From: an uncultured Chloroflexia bacterium
GTDB taxonomy: Bacteria; Chloroflexota; Limnocylindria; Limnocylindrales; CSP1-4
Direction: 5' to 3'
Assembly: GCA_963721545.1 (NCBI GenBank)
Contig: CAVRKB010000009.1
Coordinates: forward strand, 546,121 to 610,120
Length of the DNA stretch: 64,000 nucleotides
Position 1 is the stretch's first letter. Each line of letters opens with the position of its first letter. The notes under the pieces were generated by a model. It saw nothing but the letters and a program-made list of their open reading frames with translations. It did no database searches and was not told the DNA's origin. The position numbers and the translations under genes are program-made. Below, one piece after another: positions 10,934-20,492 of the stretch.

Positions 10934-11321
10934 TCAGGTCAATGGCTTCTCCTGGACGGCCCAGTTGTTGCCGTCTGGGATCCTTGAAGAAGAAGAACGA
11001 GTTCCACGGTCCGCCGGGACCGTCCTGCCAGCCGTTCTCGTCGATGTGCTGGATGGAGCTGACGTCGACGCCGCGCCCGGCGAGCTCCGCGTGGGCCGCG
11101 GCGATGTCGCCGACGCACAGCTGGAGGCCCGGCGTCAGGCCCGTGCCGAACGTCACCGAGCAGCCCGAGCCGGCTGGCGTCGTCTGGACGTTGCGGAAGC
11201 TTTCGCCCATCCGGTTGTCGACGTCGACGTTGAAACCGAGCTGCTTCTCGTAGAACTCCCTGGCCCGGTCGACGTCGCCCACCGGGATCACTGCTACCTC
11301 GAGCTTCCAGTCCACGTTCAT
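10934..11321 (-). CDS. VOC (glyoxalase/bleomycin-resistance/dioxygenase) family protein; one frame change near 10976
   Basis: These are the first ~115 codons of ORF 10224..11321 (MNVDWKLEVAVIPVGDVDRAREFYEKQLGFNVDVD...GPWNSFFFFKDP). Removing one base near 10976 restores the canonical end KDPDGNNWAVQEKPLT* (stop at 10934-10936). The rest of the long ORF is antisense to the TfoX genes. Confidence 0.8.
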
Positions 11322-11484
11322 GCCTCCTGGGGCTGTGTCATTGGATCGACGCCATGCGGCATCTGAGCAGTGGAACGTCGGGTCGTTGCTGGACTCATCG
11401 GTCGAACCGATGATTCAGGTGCGCAGGGCGTCGTTCCATGGGCATGAACACCGATCCAGCCGCCAGTGCTACGGTCGCCCGACG

Positions 11485-12435
11485 ATGAGCGCGATCGCCG
11501 ACGACACCGAGTTCACGGCGCAGACCGCCGCGTACCGGCGCGAGCTCCACGTCCACTCGTACCGGATGCTCGGCAACTTCGACGAGGCCGAGGACGCGGT
11601 CCAGGAGACGTACCTGCGCGCGTGGCGCGGCCGCGACTCGTTCGACGGATCGGCGGCGCTCCGGGCCTGGCTCTACAAGATCGCGACGAACGTCTGCCTC
11701 GACGCGATCCGCCGCGCCAACCGCCGGCCGCCGGGGCGTTCCCTCGACTCGATCGGCGAGGTGCCGTGGATCGGGCCGTACCCGGATCGCCTCCTGGACG
11801 AGATCGCCCCGCCCGAGGACGAGCCCGACACGGTCGTCGTCGCCCGCGAGACGATCGAGCTCGCGTTCCTCGCCGCGATCCAGCTGCTGCCGCCTCGCCA
11901 GCGTGCCGTCCTGATCCTGCGCGACGTCCTTGACTGGTCCGCCCGCGAGACCGCCGGCCTGCTCGACATGTCGGTCGTCGCCGTCAACAGCGCCCTCCAG
12001 CGCGCCCGGGCGACGATGGCCGCGAACCGGCCCCACGGCCGGGCGACCGCGCCGCCGGCCCGCCCGACCGAGGCCGAGATGGAGCTCGTCCGCCGCGCGA
12101 TCGCGGCCCACGAGGCGAGCGACGCCAGGGCGATGGCCGAGCTGCTTCGCGACGACGTCCGGATCGCGATGCCGCCTGCGCCGTTCTGGTTCAACGGCAA
12201 GGAGACGTTCGTGCCGGGCCTGCAGGCCGGTCTCGACGATGCCGGCGAGTGGCGCCTGCTCCCCGTCCATGCCAACCGGACGCCGGCGATGGCGAGCTAC
12301 CTCAAGGCGCCCGGCGAGACCGTGTTCTCCGCCTTCAAGCTCGACGTCGTCCGGTTCGAGGGCGGGATGGTCGCGGAGATCACGACCTTCGGCGCGGCGC
12401 TGTTCCCGGAGTTCGGCCTGCCGCCGACGCTCTGA
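11485..12435 (+). CDS. ECF-type RNA polymerase sigma-70 factor with SnoaL-like C-terminal extension (SigG/SigJ-like)
   Basis: Lies in ORF 11320..12435, starting at MSAIADD. Region 2 reads ELHVHSYRMLGNFDEAEDAVQETYLRAWRGRDSF...RAWLYKIATNVCLDAIR. Region 4 reads LLPPRQRAVLILRDVLDWSARETAGLLDMSVVAVNSALQRARATM. A ~110-aa tail follows (ELVRRAIAAHEASDARAMAELLRDDVRIAMPP...VVRFEGGMVAEITTF). The frame is intact. Confidence 0.85.
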   Translation: MSAIADDTEFTAQTAAYRRELHVHSYRMLGNFDEAEDAVQETYLRAWRGRDSFDGSAALRAWLYKIATNVCLDAIRRANRRPPGRSLDSIGEVPWIGPYPDRLLDEIAPPEDEPDTVVVARETIELAFLAAIQLLPPRQRAVLILRDVLDWSARETAGLLDMSVVAVNSALQRARATMAANRPHGRATAPPARPTEAEMELVRRAIAAHEASDARAMAELLRDDVRIAMPPAPFWFNGKETFVPGLQAGLDDAGEWRLLPVHANRTPAMASYLKAPGETVFSAFKLDVVRFEGGMVAEITTFGAALFPEFGLPPTL

Positions 12436-12442
12436 GACCGGG

Positions 12443-12907
12443 TCAGCCGCCCGAGGTCGGAACGGTCGGACCGCCCGAGCGCGATACGACGGCGGTGAGG
12501 CCCATCGTCACGACGGCGCCTGCCTTCGGCAGGGCCGCGACGCCGATGGCCGTCCGCGCCGGCCGGTGGCCGCCGTAACGCTCGAACGCCTCGACGTACG
12601 CGACGTTCATCGCCTCGAAGTCGGCGATGTCGAGCAGGTAGACGTCGACGTGAACGACGTGGCCGAGGTCCGATCCCGCGGCGGTCAGCATCACCTCGAA
12701 GTTGCGCAGGATCTGGCGCGTCTGCGAGGCGACATCCGGTCCCGCCAGCTGACCCGTGGCCGGGTCCACGCCGGCCGTGCCGCCGATCGTGATCGCGTCA
12801 CCGACCTTCGCGACATGGCTGTACGGACCAATCGGCGTCGGCGTGTTCGGCGGCGTGATCGTCTCGACGCTTGGCACGGTGATCACCTCTGAACCGATTA
12901 CAGCCAC
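12443..12907 (-). CDS. RidA/YjgF/UK114 family protein
   Basis: Corresponds to ORF 12443..12907. It reads TPIGPYSHVAKVGDAITIGGTAGVDPATGQLAG.DVASQTRQILRNFEVMLTAAGSDLGHVVHVDVYLLDIADFEAMNVAYVEAF...PARTAIGVAALPKGAVV. The frame is intact. The start may instead be the GTG at 12886. Confidence 0.85.
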   Translation of the reverse strand: MAVIGSEVITVPSVETITPPNTPTPIGPYSHVAKVGDAITIGGTAGVDPATGQLAGPDVASQTRQILRNFEVMLTAAGSDLGHVVHVDVYLLDIADFEAMNVAYVEAFERYGGHRPARTAIGVAALPKAGAVVTMGLTAVVSRSGGPTVPTSGG

Positions 12908-13388
12908 GTGTTGTCGTGGCGGGCGTAGAAGTCGGCCATCTCCTCGTCGCTCGGTCGACCCGATCGAGCGAACTCCGCGAGGCCCTCGAAGTAGCCTTCG
13001 CGCGGCGCGCCCGGCGCGAAGTGGATCAGCATCGACGCCGGCTCGTCCGTGTCGTTCTTGAAGCCATGGACCCCGCCGATCGGGACGTGGACGAAGTCAC
13101 CCGGCTTCGCGTCGATCCAGTCCCGGCCGTCGAAGATCTTGACCGTCCCGAGCGAGGACATAGAACGACTCGGCCAGCGTCCGGTGGAAGTGCGGGCCCG
13201 GGACCGCCGGCTGCCGGGGCCATCTCCCAGCGGTACAGGCCGAACAGGCCGCCGCTGCCCTCGCCGGTCATCAGGTAGCGGCAGCGGGTCCCGTTCGCGT
13301 AGACGATTTCGGCCTCCTGGTCGGTCGGCCGGTACGTCGCGCTGATCTCGCCGCCATCACCGTGGTAGCGGACCTCCGGGTAGCTCAT
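12898..13388 (-). CDS. Cupin-domain protein; two frame changes near 13150-13215
   Basis: It starts MSYPEVRYHGDGGEISATYRPT...GLFGLYRWEMAP after a GGAAGGAG RBS. My translation of a short third-frame piece gives GGPGPHFHRTLAESFYVL, which is cupin motif 1. It ends with ORF 12898..13161 (GTVKIFDGRDWIDAKPGDFVHVPIGGVHGFKN...), which is cupin motif 2. Confidence 0.8.
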
Positions 13389-14832
13389 GCGGTGACTCCT
13401 TCCGTGGCCGGGACCGGGCGCGGTGGGCCGCCAGGGCGCCCGCGACGACGCGGACGCCTTCGACGATGTCGTCCTCGAGCACCGCGCCATACCCGAAGAT
13501 CAGCCCGCCCGGCTCCCTCGCGGTCCGAGTAGCCGTACTTCGCCAACCCGTTCAGGGCGACGCCCGCCGTCGCGGCACGTCGGATGACGCCGTCCTCGTC
13601 GACGCCCGGCGGCAGCCAGGCGAACACGTGGAGCCCCGCCGACGCCCCGACGGGACGAACGTCCGGTAGCTGGTCGTGGATGGCGTCGAGAAGAACGTCG
13701 CGCCGGGCGCGGTAGATCGGGCGCATCCGTCGCAGGTGATGGTCGAACTCGCCGCGCGCGAGGAAGTCGGCGAACGCGAGCTGCTCGAGGCTGGGCGAGC
13801 CGCGATCGATCTGCTCCTTCTTCGTCGCGATGGGATCGACGAGGCGGGGCGGGACGAGCATCCAGCCGAGGCGGAGGCCGGGCGCGAGCGTCTTGCTGGC
13901 GGAGCCCGCGTAGATGACGTGCTCCGGCGCAAGCCCGTGGATCGACCCGATCGGCTCGCGGTCGTAGCGGTACTCGGCGTCGTAGTCGTCCTCGAGGATC
14001 AGCGCGTCCGCGGTCCCTGGCCCAGGCAACGAGCGCCGCCCGCCGCTCGGCGGACATCACCGCGCCCGTCGGGAAGTGGTGGGCGGGGGTCACGACGACC
14101 GCATCCGCGCCAGCCCGGGCCAGCGCCGGGACATCGAGGCCGGCCTCGTCGACGGGGATCGGGACGATCTCGAGGCCGTGGTCGATCGCCGCGAGGCGGA
14201 GGTCCTGGAACCCGGGATCCTCGCCGGCGATCCTCCGCCCGCCACGATCCTTCACGATCTGGACGACGAGGCGCAGCGCCTGGGCGAAGCCGTTGCAGAT
14301 GACGATGTCCTCGGGATCCGCGCACGTCCCCCGAACGCGGTTCAGGTAGACCGCGAGCTCGTGGCGGAGCTCCTCGGCGCCGCGGACGTCGAGATAGCCG
14401 AGCCGTTCGCTCGGGGCCTCGTTCATGACCCGCCGGACGGACTTCATCCAGGCCTGGCGCGGGAACTCGGTGACATCCGGCCGGCCGTAGCCGAAGTCGA
14501 TGCGCGGCTTCTCGATCTCGCTCCGCGGCCTGCGGCGGCTCGGCTGGCTGGCCCGATCCGACCGAGCTCGCGACGCGCGTGGTTCCGCCCGGACGGCTCG
14601 TGAGGTAGCCCTCCGCGACGAGCTGCTCGTAGGCCTCGACGACGACGCCGCGCGACAGCCCGAGATGGTCGGCCAGGGCGCGCGACGACGGGAGCGCGGT
14701 GTCGGCCGGAAGCCGGCTCGAGCGGATCGCGCCGCGGAGCTCCTGCTCGAGCTGGTGATGGAGCGGCGTCGGGTCCTCGCGACGCAGCTCGACGAGCAGC
14801 TCCCCGGCGAAACTGGTCCTCGATCTAGGCAT
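13348..14832 (-). CDS. MocR-type regulator (GntR HTH fused to a PLP aminotransferase-like domain); frame-disrupted
   Basis: The N-terminal wHTH reads LHHQLEQELRGAIRSSRLPADTALPSSRALADHLGLSRGVVVEAYEQLVAEGYLTSRPGGTTRV (ORF 13999..14832). The aminotransferase core reads LGYLDVRGAEELRHELAVYLNRVRG...ICNGFAQALRLV...VVVTPAHHFPTGAVMSAERR (ORF 13500..14447). It continues LILEDDYDAEYRYDREPIGSIHGL...VIYAGSASKTLAPGLRLGWMLVP (ORF 13385..14029). At least 3 frame changes occur, and the 3' end is approximate. Confidence 0.85.
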
Positions 14833-14924
14833 TGAACCGGACCTTAGCAGAACACCAGTCCGCTGTCACACTGCGGCCAGAACCGCTGGACAACCGCCAT
14901 CAGGAAGGAAGAAGGGAGACCACG

Positions 14925-15050
14925 ATGGAGCAGTTTCTCGTTCTCACGATCATCGTCTTCGGACTCACGATCTTCGGCGCTCTTGCCGTCGCGGTCGGTG
15001 CCGACTCTCGCGACACGATCGCGGACGACTGGAGTCGACGCTGGGCCTGA
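14925..15050 (+). CDS. Small single-pass membrane protein, 41 aa
   Basis: The sequence MEQFLVLTIIVFGLTIFGALAVAVGADSRDTIADDWSRRWA is preceded by GGAAGAAGGGAGA. It is the inner Met of ORF 14832..15050 and is followed by a strong hairpin. It lies divergent from the MocR gene. Confidence 0.5.
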   Translation: MEQFLVLTIIVFGLTIFGALAVAVGADSRDTIADDWSRRWA

Positions 15051-15079
15051 CGGCCGACCGATGACGACCCAACCGACCT

Positions 15080-15108
15080 GAGCCGGTCGCGGATCCCGCG
15101 GCCGGCTC
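15080..15108 (+). terminator. Stem-loop, candidate terminator
   Basis: GAGCCGGTCGCGG-ATC-CCGCGGCCGGCTC forms a 13-bp stem (one G-U pair). It is followed by GTTGATT and lies 30 nt after the small ORF stop. Confidence 0.5.
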
Positions 15109-15164
15109 GTTGATTCCGGCGCGGCGAGGCGGAACCCGGCCCGTGCGATGATCGTCGCTGGGCC

Positions 15165-15917
15165 ATGATGCGATCGCTCGCCGCGCTCCTGCTCCTGCTG
15201 ACGCTTGCCGCCTGTTCCGGCGCTGCCTCGACTGCGCCGCCGTCGGCCGGTCCAACCCCGGCCCCGACCACGATCGCGACGGTCGAGGATGCCGCTGCGC
15301 GGGTCATCGAGGTGTACCCGGCGTTCGAGGGCATCGGCCCGAAGGACCCGAACATCATCGGCGGCTGCTGCTGGTGGGAGGGCACGGAGACCGGCGACGG
15401 GTTCACGGTCACGTTCGAGGTTGGCTGGGGCGACTGCCTGTCCGGCTGCATCGACCGCCACCGGTGGACGTATGCGGTCAGCAGCGACGGGGCCGTGACG
15501 CTCATCGAAGAGAGCGGGTCGCCGGTCCCGTCCGGGTTGCCGGGCGCCGGCGGCGGAACGGGCGGCGGCACCAGACGGGTCCGGCGGCGCCGGGGCGGCG
15601 GGATTCCCCGGGCGGCACCGGCATCCAGGGCCGCGCCCTGGCCGGCCCGACGTGCCCGGTCGTGTCGGACAACGACCCGTCGTGCGATGACCGCCCGCTG
15701 GCCGGCGTCACGATCATCGTCCTGACCGCGAACGGCACGGAGGCTGCTCGAGCCACAACCGATGGGAACGGCGCGTTCGCCTTCTCGCTGCCGCCCGGCC
15801 CCTACACGCTCGAGCCGGGACCAGCCGAAGGGATCCTGCGCGGGTCGGGCCGATCCCGGTGGTCGTCGGCGACGCGGTCGTGACCGTCGACGTCCCGTAC
15901 GACACCGGGATCCGCTG
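15165..15917 (+). CDS. Lipoprotein with C-terminal carboxypeptidase-regulatory-like domain; frame-disrupted
   Basis: Lipobox: MMRSLAALLLLLTLAAC|S. The N-terminal domain reads VIEVYPAFEGIGPKDPNIIGGCCWWEGTETGDGFTVTFEVGWGDCLSGCIDRHRWTYAVSSDG. The C-terminal piece is in the frame of ORF 15374.. (LAGVTIIVLTANGTEAARATTDGNGAFAFSLPPGPYTLEP). My translation of the end is PIPVVVGDAVVTVDVPYDTGIR*. At least 2 frame changes occur. Confidence 0.7.
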
Positions 15918-15948
15918 AACGCCTGTCGCTCAGCCTCGGACAAATGAA

Positions 15949-15976
15949 GAGCCGCGTCCCCGAAGGGACGCGGCTC
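15949..15976. terminator. Perfect 12-bp stem-loop between convergent genes (bidirectional terminator candidate)
   Basis: The hairpin is GAGCCGCGTCCC-CGAA-GGGACGCGGCTC. It lies downstream of the + strand lipoprotein gene and 90 nt downstream of the minus-strand TadG-like gene A. Its stem core is identical to that of the hairpin at 18704-18731. Confidence 0.6.
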
Positions 15977-16065
15977 AATGAGTTCGGCTGAGCCAGACGG
16001 ACGGTTTCGGCGCTCGGAATAATCTCCGTGCAGCCGCGTCTAACCCAACGAGCTACGGGGAAGGT

Positions 16066-17084
16066 CTAATTGATGAGCTTGATGCTGAAGGTGCCGGTCG
16101 GGAGGACCGAGTCGCCGCCGGTCGGCGAGACGACGAGGTCTTCGCCGTTGTAGCCGGACAGGAAGTAGCCGCGGATGATCTTGTCGGGAGCGCCTTCGAC
16201 GTCGACGAGGCGGAAGTAGGCGAGACCGACCATCTGGCCGTCGTCGGTCGACGATCGGAACGGGGAATGCCTCGCCGATGTGATCGGCCAGGGACGGCGT
16301 CGCCGCTGTTGCTGTCGAGCAGCGTGGTGTGCGTTCCCGCGTTCAGCGGGCCGATGTCGTCGTTGAGGAAGACGGTCGTCGCGTTGCCGCCGCCGTCGAT
16401 GATGTCGCGGACGTCGTTGGAGTCACCGTTGCACGCGTTCGGGCTTCCGTTCGCGCAGAAGACCGTCCAGTTGAACTGCGTCGCGTCCTGGGGCACGTCC
16501 TCGTTGCCGGTGCCGGGCAGCTGGTAGATCTCGGGCGTGCAGCCGCCGGTCTCCTCGTCGCAGACCGCCTGGGGAACGCCTTGGCGTTGAACAGCAGCGG
16601 CATCAGGCCGATCGCGCCGTTCGGCGTGTCGCTCGACCTGGGCCGTTGCCGTCACGGACACGTCCCAGGTCGGCATCCCGAGGAGCGCCGCGAAGTTGTT
16701 CTGATGCTTGCCGGTGAGGTCGACCTCGGACGTTCGTCGCGGTCGATGAGTTGGCAATGACGACCTCGACGACCGCGCCATCGACGCCGTGGGTGTAGCC
16801 GTTTGCGGTCGCGATCGACCGGGCCGCGGCGTCGGCGGCGGCGTTCTTGGTGGCCATGTCGCCGGGCGTGTTCAGGTAGGCGGTCGCGCCGGCCATCGGC
16901 CGCGAGGTCGGCGACGCGCCTGCTCGTCCCGGCGCTGGGCGTAGGCCGCGCCACCGTCGAGCACGATGCCCGATCACGCCGACGATCACGAAGATCGCGA
17001 GCACGAACAGGATGAGGATCTGGCCGCGTTCGCCGCGGCGTGCGCGGATCGGGACGACGCATGGCGCGAGGTCTCCTTGCTCAT
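16066..17084 (-). CDS. TadG-like pseudopilin / Flp-pilus assembly TadE/G-like protein (module 1, gene A); frame-disrupted
   Basis: The N-terminal hydrophobic segment is RRGERGQILILFVLAIFVIVGVIG (frame of ORF 16603..17226). The middle reads FNWTVFCANGSPNACNGDSNDVRDIIDGGGNATTVFLNDDIGPLNAGTHTTLLDSNSGD (ORF 16053..16781). My translation of the end is LADHIGEAFPVPIVD/DDGQMVGLAYFRLVDVEGAPDKIIRGYFLSGYNGEDLVVSPTGGDSVLPTGTFSIKLIN*. At least 4 frame changes occur. The start (ATG at 17084) is tentative. Confidence 0.65.
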
Positions 17085-17558
17085 GGGATCTGCATCCGTG
17101 CTGGTGGACTCGAACGTGTGGGTGCCGAAGGCGCTCACGAGCGGCGTGACTGGCGCGAAGTCGGCGGTCACGCGGACGCGGATGAAGTCGACGCCGGCGG
17201 TTGCAGTCGCTCGTCCTGGTGACCACGCGGGTTCTGGACGACGTCGTACATGTCGACGCAGTCGATGTCGGTTGCCGGGTCGATCGTCAGGCCGGGGATG
17301 AGGCCTTCGCTGCGTGGCGATCACGTCGGTGGTCTCGGTCGCTCAGCCCGAGCGTCCCGGAGCCGTCGGTCAGGTGGACGATGGTCGCCCGGGTGATGTC
17401 GCGGGCCGCCTCGGACGTGCCGTTCATCATGTAGATGCCGCGACCGAGGTCGACGATCGCCCATCAGCAGGATGAGGAACGGGATGACGGCGAGGGCGAA
17501 CTCGACCAGCGCCTGGCCGTCGCGCGCGATCCGTGCTGCGCATTGCGTGCGTCCTCAT
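17081..17558 (-). CDS. TadE-like pseudopilin (module 1, gene B); frame-disrupted
   Basis: My translation from the ATG at 17558 reads MRTHAMRSTDRAR, then ARDGQALVEFALAVIPFLILLMG.IVDLGRGIYMMNGTSEAARDITRA after a frame change. This is the TadE signature (GQ..VEFAL..P.ll.l..g..d.g). The C-terminal piece is GVDFIRVRVTADFAPVTPLVSAFGTHTFESTS (ORF 16986..17324). The ATG overlaps the stop of gene C (TGATGA). Confidence 0.7.
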
Positions 17559-18553
17559 CACGGCGGCCGGTAGACGAGGTCGATCACGGTGGTCAGCGGG
17601 ATGCACTCGGTGTGGTCCGGGTACTGGCCCTGGATCTTGTCCTTCTGGCCGCTCGATCACGTTCGTCACGGTCGGCATCGGGAAGCCCGGCGTCCGTGGA
17701 TGGCGAGCTGGGCCGCGCTCAGCGATCTGGCCGATGACATTCGGCGGGAAGACGCAGCCCGGGGGCGAGGTCGACGTCGCAGTCGGCAGCGGACCGCCGG
17801 CGTCGTTGACCGTGATGTACCGGCCTTCTGCTCGACGTCGACGTCGGTCAGGTTGATGACCGTCAGCGTGACCGTGTAGGTGCCGGCCGTCGTGTAGGTG
17901 TAGGTCGGGTTCGGGTCCTCGAGTCGACGATGCCGTCACCGTTGAAGTCCCACTGGAAGTCGGTCGGGTCGCCGGTCGAGAGGCTCGAGTCGAAGGTGAC
18001 CGGGACGCCGGTGTCGACGGTCGTCGGGCTGGCCGTGAACTCGGCGATCGGGCCGGGCGGCGGGGTCATCGCGTTGATGTCCGGGAAGTACTCGATCTGC
18101 GCGGTCGCGCTCGAGGCGAGATGGAGGTTCTGGCCGCCGAAGACGAAGGACAGGAGCGGCGTGACAGGCGGAACTCGCCGCGGACGTTGACGGTGACCGT
18201 CGCGCCCGCTGCCTCGGGGCAGCCGACCGGGTTGCAGGCCATGTCGATGTCGGTCGGGCGTGATCGCGACCATCGAGCCCTTCGACTCGTTCTGGACCCG
18301 GCAGACCACGCGGTTGATCGCCTGGTCGCAGGGCTGGTGGTAGTCGTGAGCTCTGCGGCGTCTCGGCCGCCTGGAACGCGCCCTCGCGCGCGGCGTTGTT
18401 CAGGGTGATGTTCGCGTAGAAGACGCGGCCGAGGTCGAGCGTCGCGGCGAGGAACACGAGGAAGATCGGCAGGATGAGCGCGAACTCGACGAAGCTCTGG
18501 CCGAGCGTCCTCTGGCGGTGGTGCCTGCGCATCCGAGCGACGAGACGGAACAT
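17558..18553 (-). CDS. TadE-like N-terminus fused to a PKD domain and a C-terminal PASTA-like segment (module 1, gene C); frame-disrupted
   Basis: The N-terminus reads MFRLVARMRRHHRQRTLGQSFVEFALILPIFLVFLAATLDLGRVFYANITLNNAAREGAFQAAE, then ...VTVNVRGEFRLVTPLLSFVFGGQNLHLASSATAQIEYF. The PKD domain reads PIAEFTASPTTVDTGVPVTFDSSLSTGDPTDFQWDFNGDGIVDS/EDPNPTYTYTTAGTYTVTLTVINL. The tail reads CVFPPNVIGQIAE...PTVTNVIERPEGQD...IPLTTVIDLVYRPP*. At least 5 frame changes occur. Confidence 0.7.
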
Positions 18554-18703
18554 CGATGACCCCATGGAGGGAGGATTGGTCCCGGCATGCTCGGCCGGGC
18601 ACCTTGCACGATCCCTTGAATCGGTGCGCGGCTGCATAGCCCGAAGGGGGTGACGCGTCCTGCCGATCGTCCGGTCCACGCACGAACCGGCCCGAGAATC
18701 AGA

Positions 18704-18731
18704 GGAGCCGCGTCCTTGCGGACGCGGCTCC
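18704..18731. terminator. Perfect 12-bp stem-loop after TadG-like gene D
   Basis: The hairpin is GGAGCCGCGTCC-TTGC-GGACGCGGCTCC, 26 nt downstream (minus strand) of the TAA of gene D. It separates the two pseudopilin modules. Confidence 0.6.
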
Positions 18732-18756
18732 TGCAGGCCCCGAGACCTCGCGGAAG

Positions 18757-19989
18757 TTACTTGATGAGCTGGACTCCCGAGCTGGTTGGTCGTGCTCGGC
18801 GTGACGGCGCCGAGGTCGATGTCGCCGGGACCGGGCAGTGCGACCACCCACCAGCCCTTGAAACAGCCGTTGGCTCCGTTGCCGCTGACGAACGGCGCGC
18901 CGGGCAGCTTGTCGCACTCCTTCCGGTCGCTGCCGTTGATGTAGAAGGCATCGACTTTGAAGCTCGCGAACGACGGGATGTGGTACCAGGTGTTACGCCG
19001 ACGCCGATGTCTCCCGCGTCGCAGTCCTGGAGCGACGTGCCGGCCGGCTGTTCCTTGCAGGTCCCGTCGAAGAGCGGGATCTGCGACGATGTCGTCGTGG
19101 TAGGCATTCAGCGCGTTCTGGATCTCGGGCCCGCCCTGTCCGACGCCGCCAGCGAACGTCTGCACCCAGGTCTGGAACGGTAGTCCCGTGATGCACGGCG
19201 CGAGAATTGCGTCCTTGAACTGCCCGAGCAAGTTCCGTCGGTGGTCGCGCCGATCGCCGTGGAGAGATCGAGCCAACCCACCGACCCTGCGGAACCGCCA
19301 CCGATGTCGTTGTTCTGGTTCTTGCAGACGCGGGACGATGGCCTCGTTTGCCGGTGTCGTGTCGGCGTCGCCGAGGTAGGGCCAGTCCCCGAGCCCGGAA
19401 GTAGGACCTTGCCGTTGTTATCGCAGTCGGAGACTTCGAACGGAACGGTGATCGGGAACAGCCCGCACGGCATGCCTTCGCAGGCAAAGGGTCGTCACGA
19501 CGCCCGTGACTGCCGTCGCCGTGGTCGACGCGGTGAAGTTCGAGATGCCCAGACGCGTTGGCAAAGTACGTACCGAACTCCGCGATCCGTGTTCGCCTGG
19601 ACGCCTTGCGCCCCCGTCGGGAATCCGGAGCCAACGGCGCCGAGCACGTCGCCCTTGAAGTCCGTGTACGACGCGGAGGTGATCTCGACGTTGTTGTTCA
19701 CCGCCGCACCGTAGACCGCCTTGCAGACCTCGAAGTCCCATGGGTCGGCTGGCGCCGTCGGGCATGGCCCGACGGCGCCGGTGTTGGAGTTTCCGGCCAT
19801 CAGGTACTGGGCGATGACGACCGTCCCAGCCTCGGCGACGGCATCGGCGCCGTTCTGCGTGGCGCGCTGCTGCGCAAGGGCATTTCCGCCGTCGACTACG
19901 ACGGCGACCCCGCCGATGATCGCGATCAGGCCGACCGCGAAGATGACAAGGATCTGCCCGGGCTGCCGGCGCTTCGACCTAGTGTTCAC
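18757..19989 (-). CDS. TadG-like pseudopilin / TadE/G-like protein (module 2, gene D); frame-disrupted
   Basis: A GTG start at 19989 is preceded by GAGGGA. The N-terminus reads MNTRSKRRQPGQILVIFAVGLIAIIGGVAVVVDGGNALAQQRATQNGADAVAEAG (ORF 19495..19989). Later pieces are CGLFPITVPFEVSDCDNNGKVLLPGSG and WYHIPSFASFKVDAFYINGSDRKECDKLPGAPFVSGNGANGCFKGWWVVALPGPGDIDLG. It ends ...TTNQLG/VQLIK*. At least 5 frame changes occur. Confidence 0.65.
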
Positions 19990-20000
19990 GTTCTAGTCCC

Positions 20001-20492
20001 TCAACAGTGGGCCAGGGGCGCTGGCGTTGGATTGGAGCAAACTCGTTCGATTGGGATCGTCGACTTCGAACTGACGTCGATCGGGCCGATGATCTGGCCG
20101 ATGATCGGTGTCAGCGCTTCGAACCGGCCGCTGACCTCGACGACCGCAAGGCAGCCGATCTTGAGGGTCGTGCACGTGCCCGTGTCCGTAGGGTTTCGAT
20201 ACGACACCGCCACGTCCGACTCCTCGACGGCGGCGCCAGTGCCCGACGCCATCGCACAGCCCGTGGACCACGCCGTCGCGGACGTCGTGTCACACGTTGT
20301 CGTTCCGGCGGTGGACTGGTTGACGATCGCGACGCGGGCGCCACTTCGCGCCGAGTTGGCGAGCGCGTTGTAGGTGACGATCAGGCGCCCCGCGTCGATG
20401 ATCCCGAAGAGGATCAACAGGAAGACCGGCAGGACGAGCGCGAACTCGACCAGCCCTTGGCCGCGGCGGCCGCGATTCCGATGCCGTCTCAT
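20001..20492 (-). CDS. TadE-like pseudopilin, 163 aa, intact (module 2, gene E)
   Basis: This is the inner Met of ORF 20001..20993. It reads MRRHRNRGRRGQGLVEFALVLPVFLLILFGIIDAGRLIVTYNALANSARSGARVAIV...VVEVSGRFEALTPIIGQIIGPIDVSSKSTIPIE. The ATG overlaps the TGA of gene F (ATGA at 20489-20492). Confidence 0.8.
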   Translation of the reverse strand: MRRHRNRGRRGQGLVEFALVLPVFLLILFGIIDAGRLIVTYNALANSARSGARVAIVNQSTAGTTTCDTTSATAWSTGCAMASGTGAAVEESDVAVSYRNPTDTGTCTTLKIGCLAVVEVSGRFEALTPIIGQIIGPIDVSSKSTIPIERVCSNPTPAPLAHC

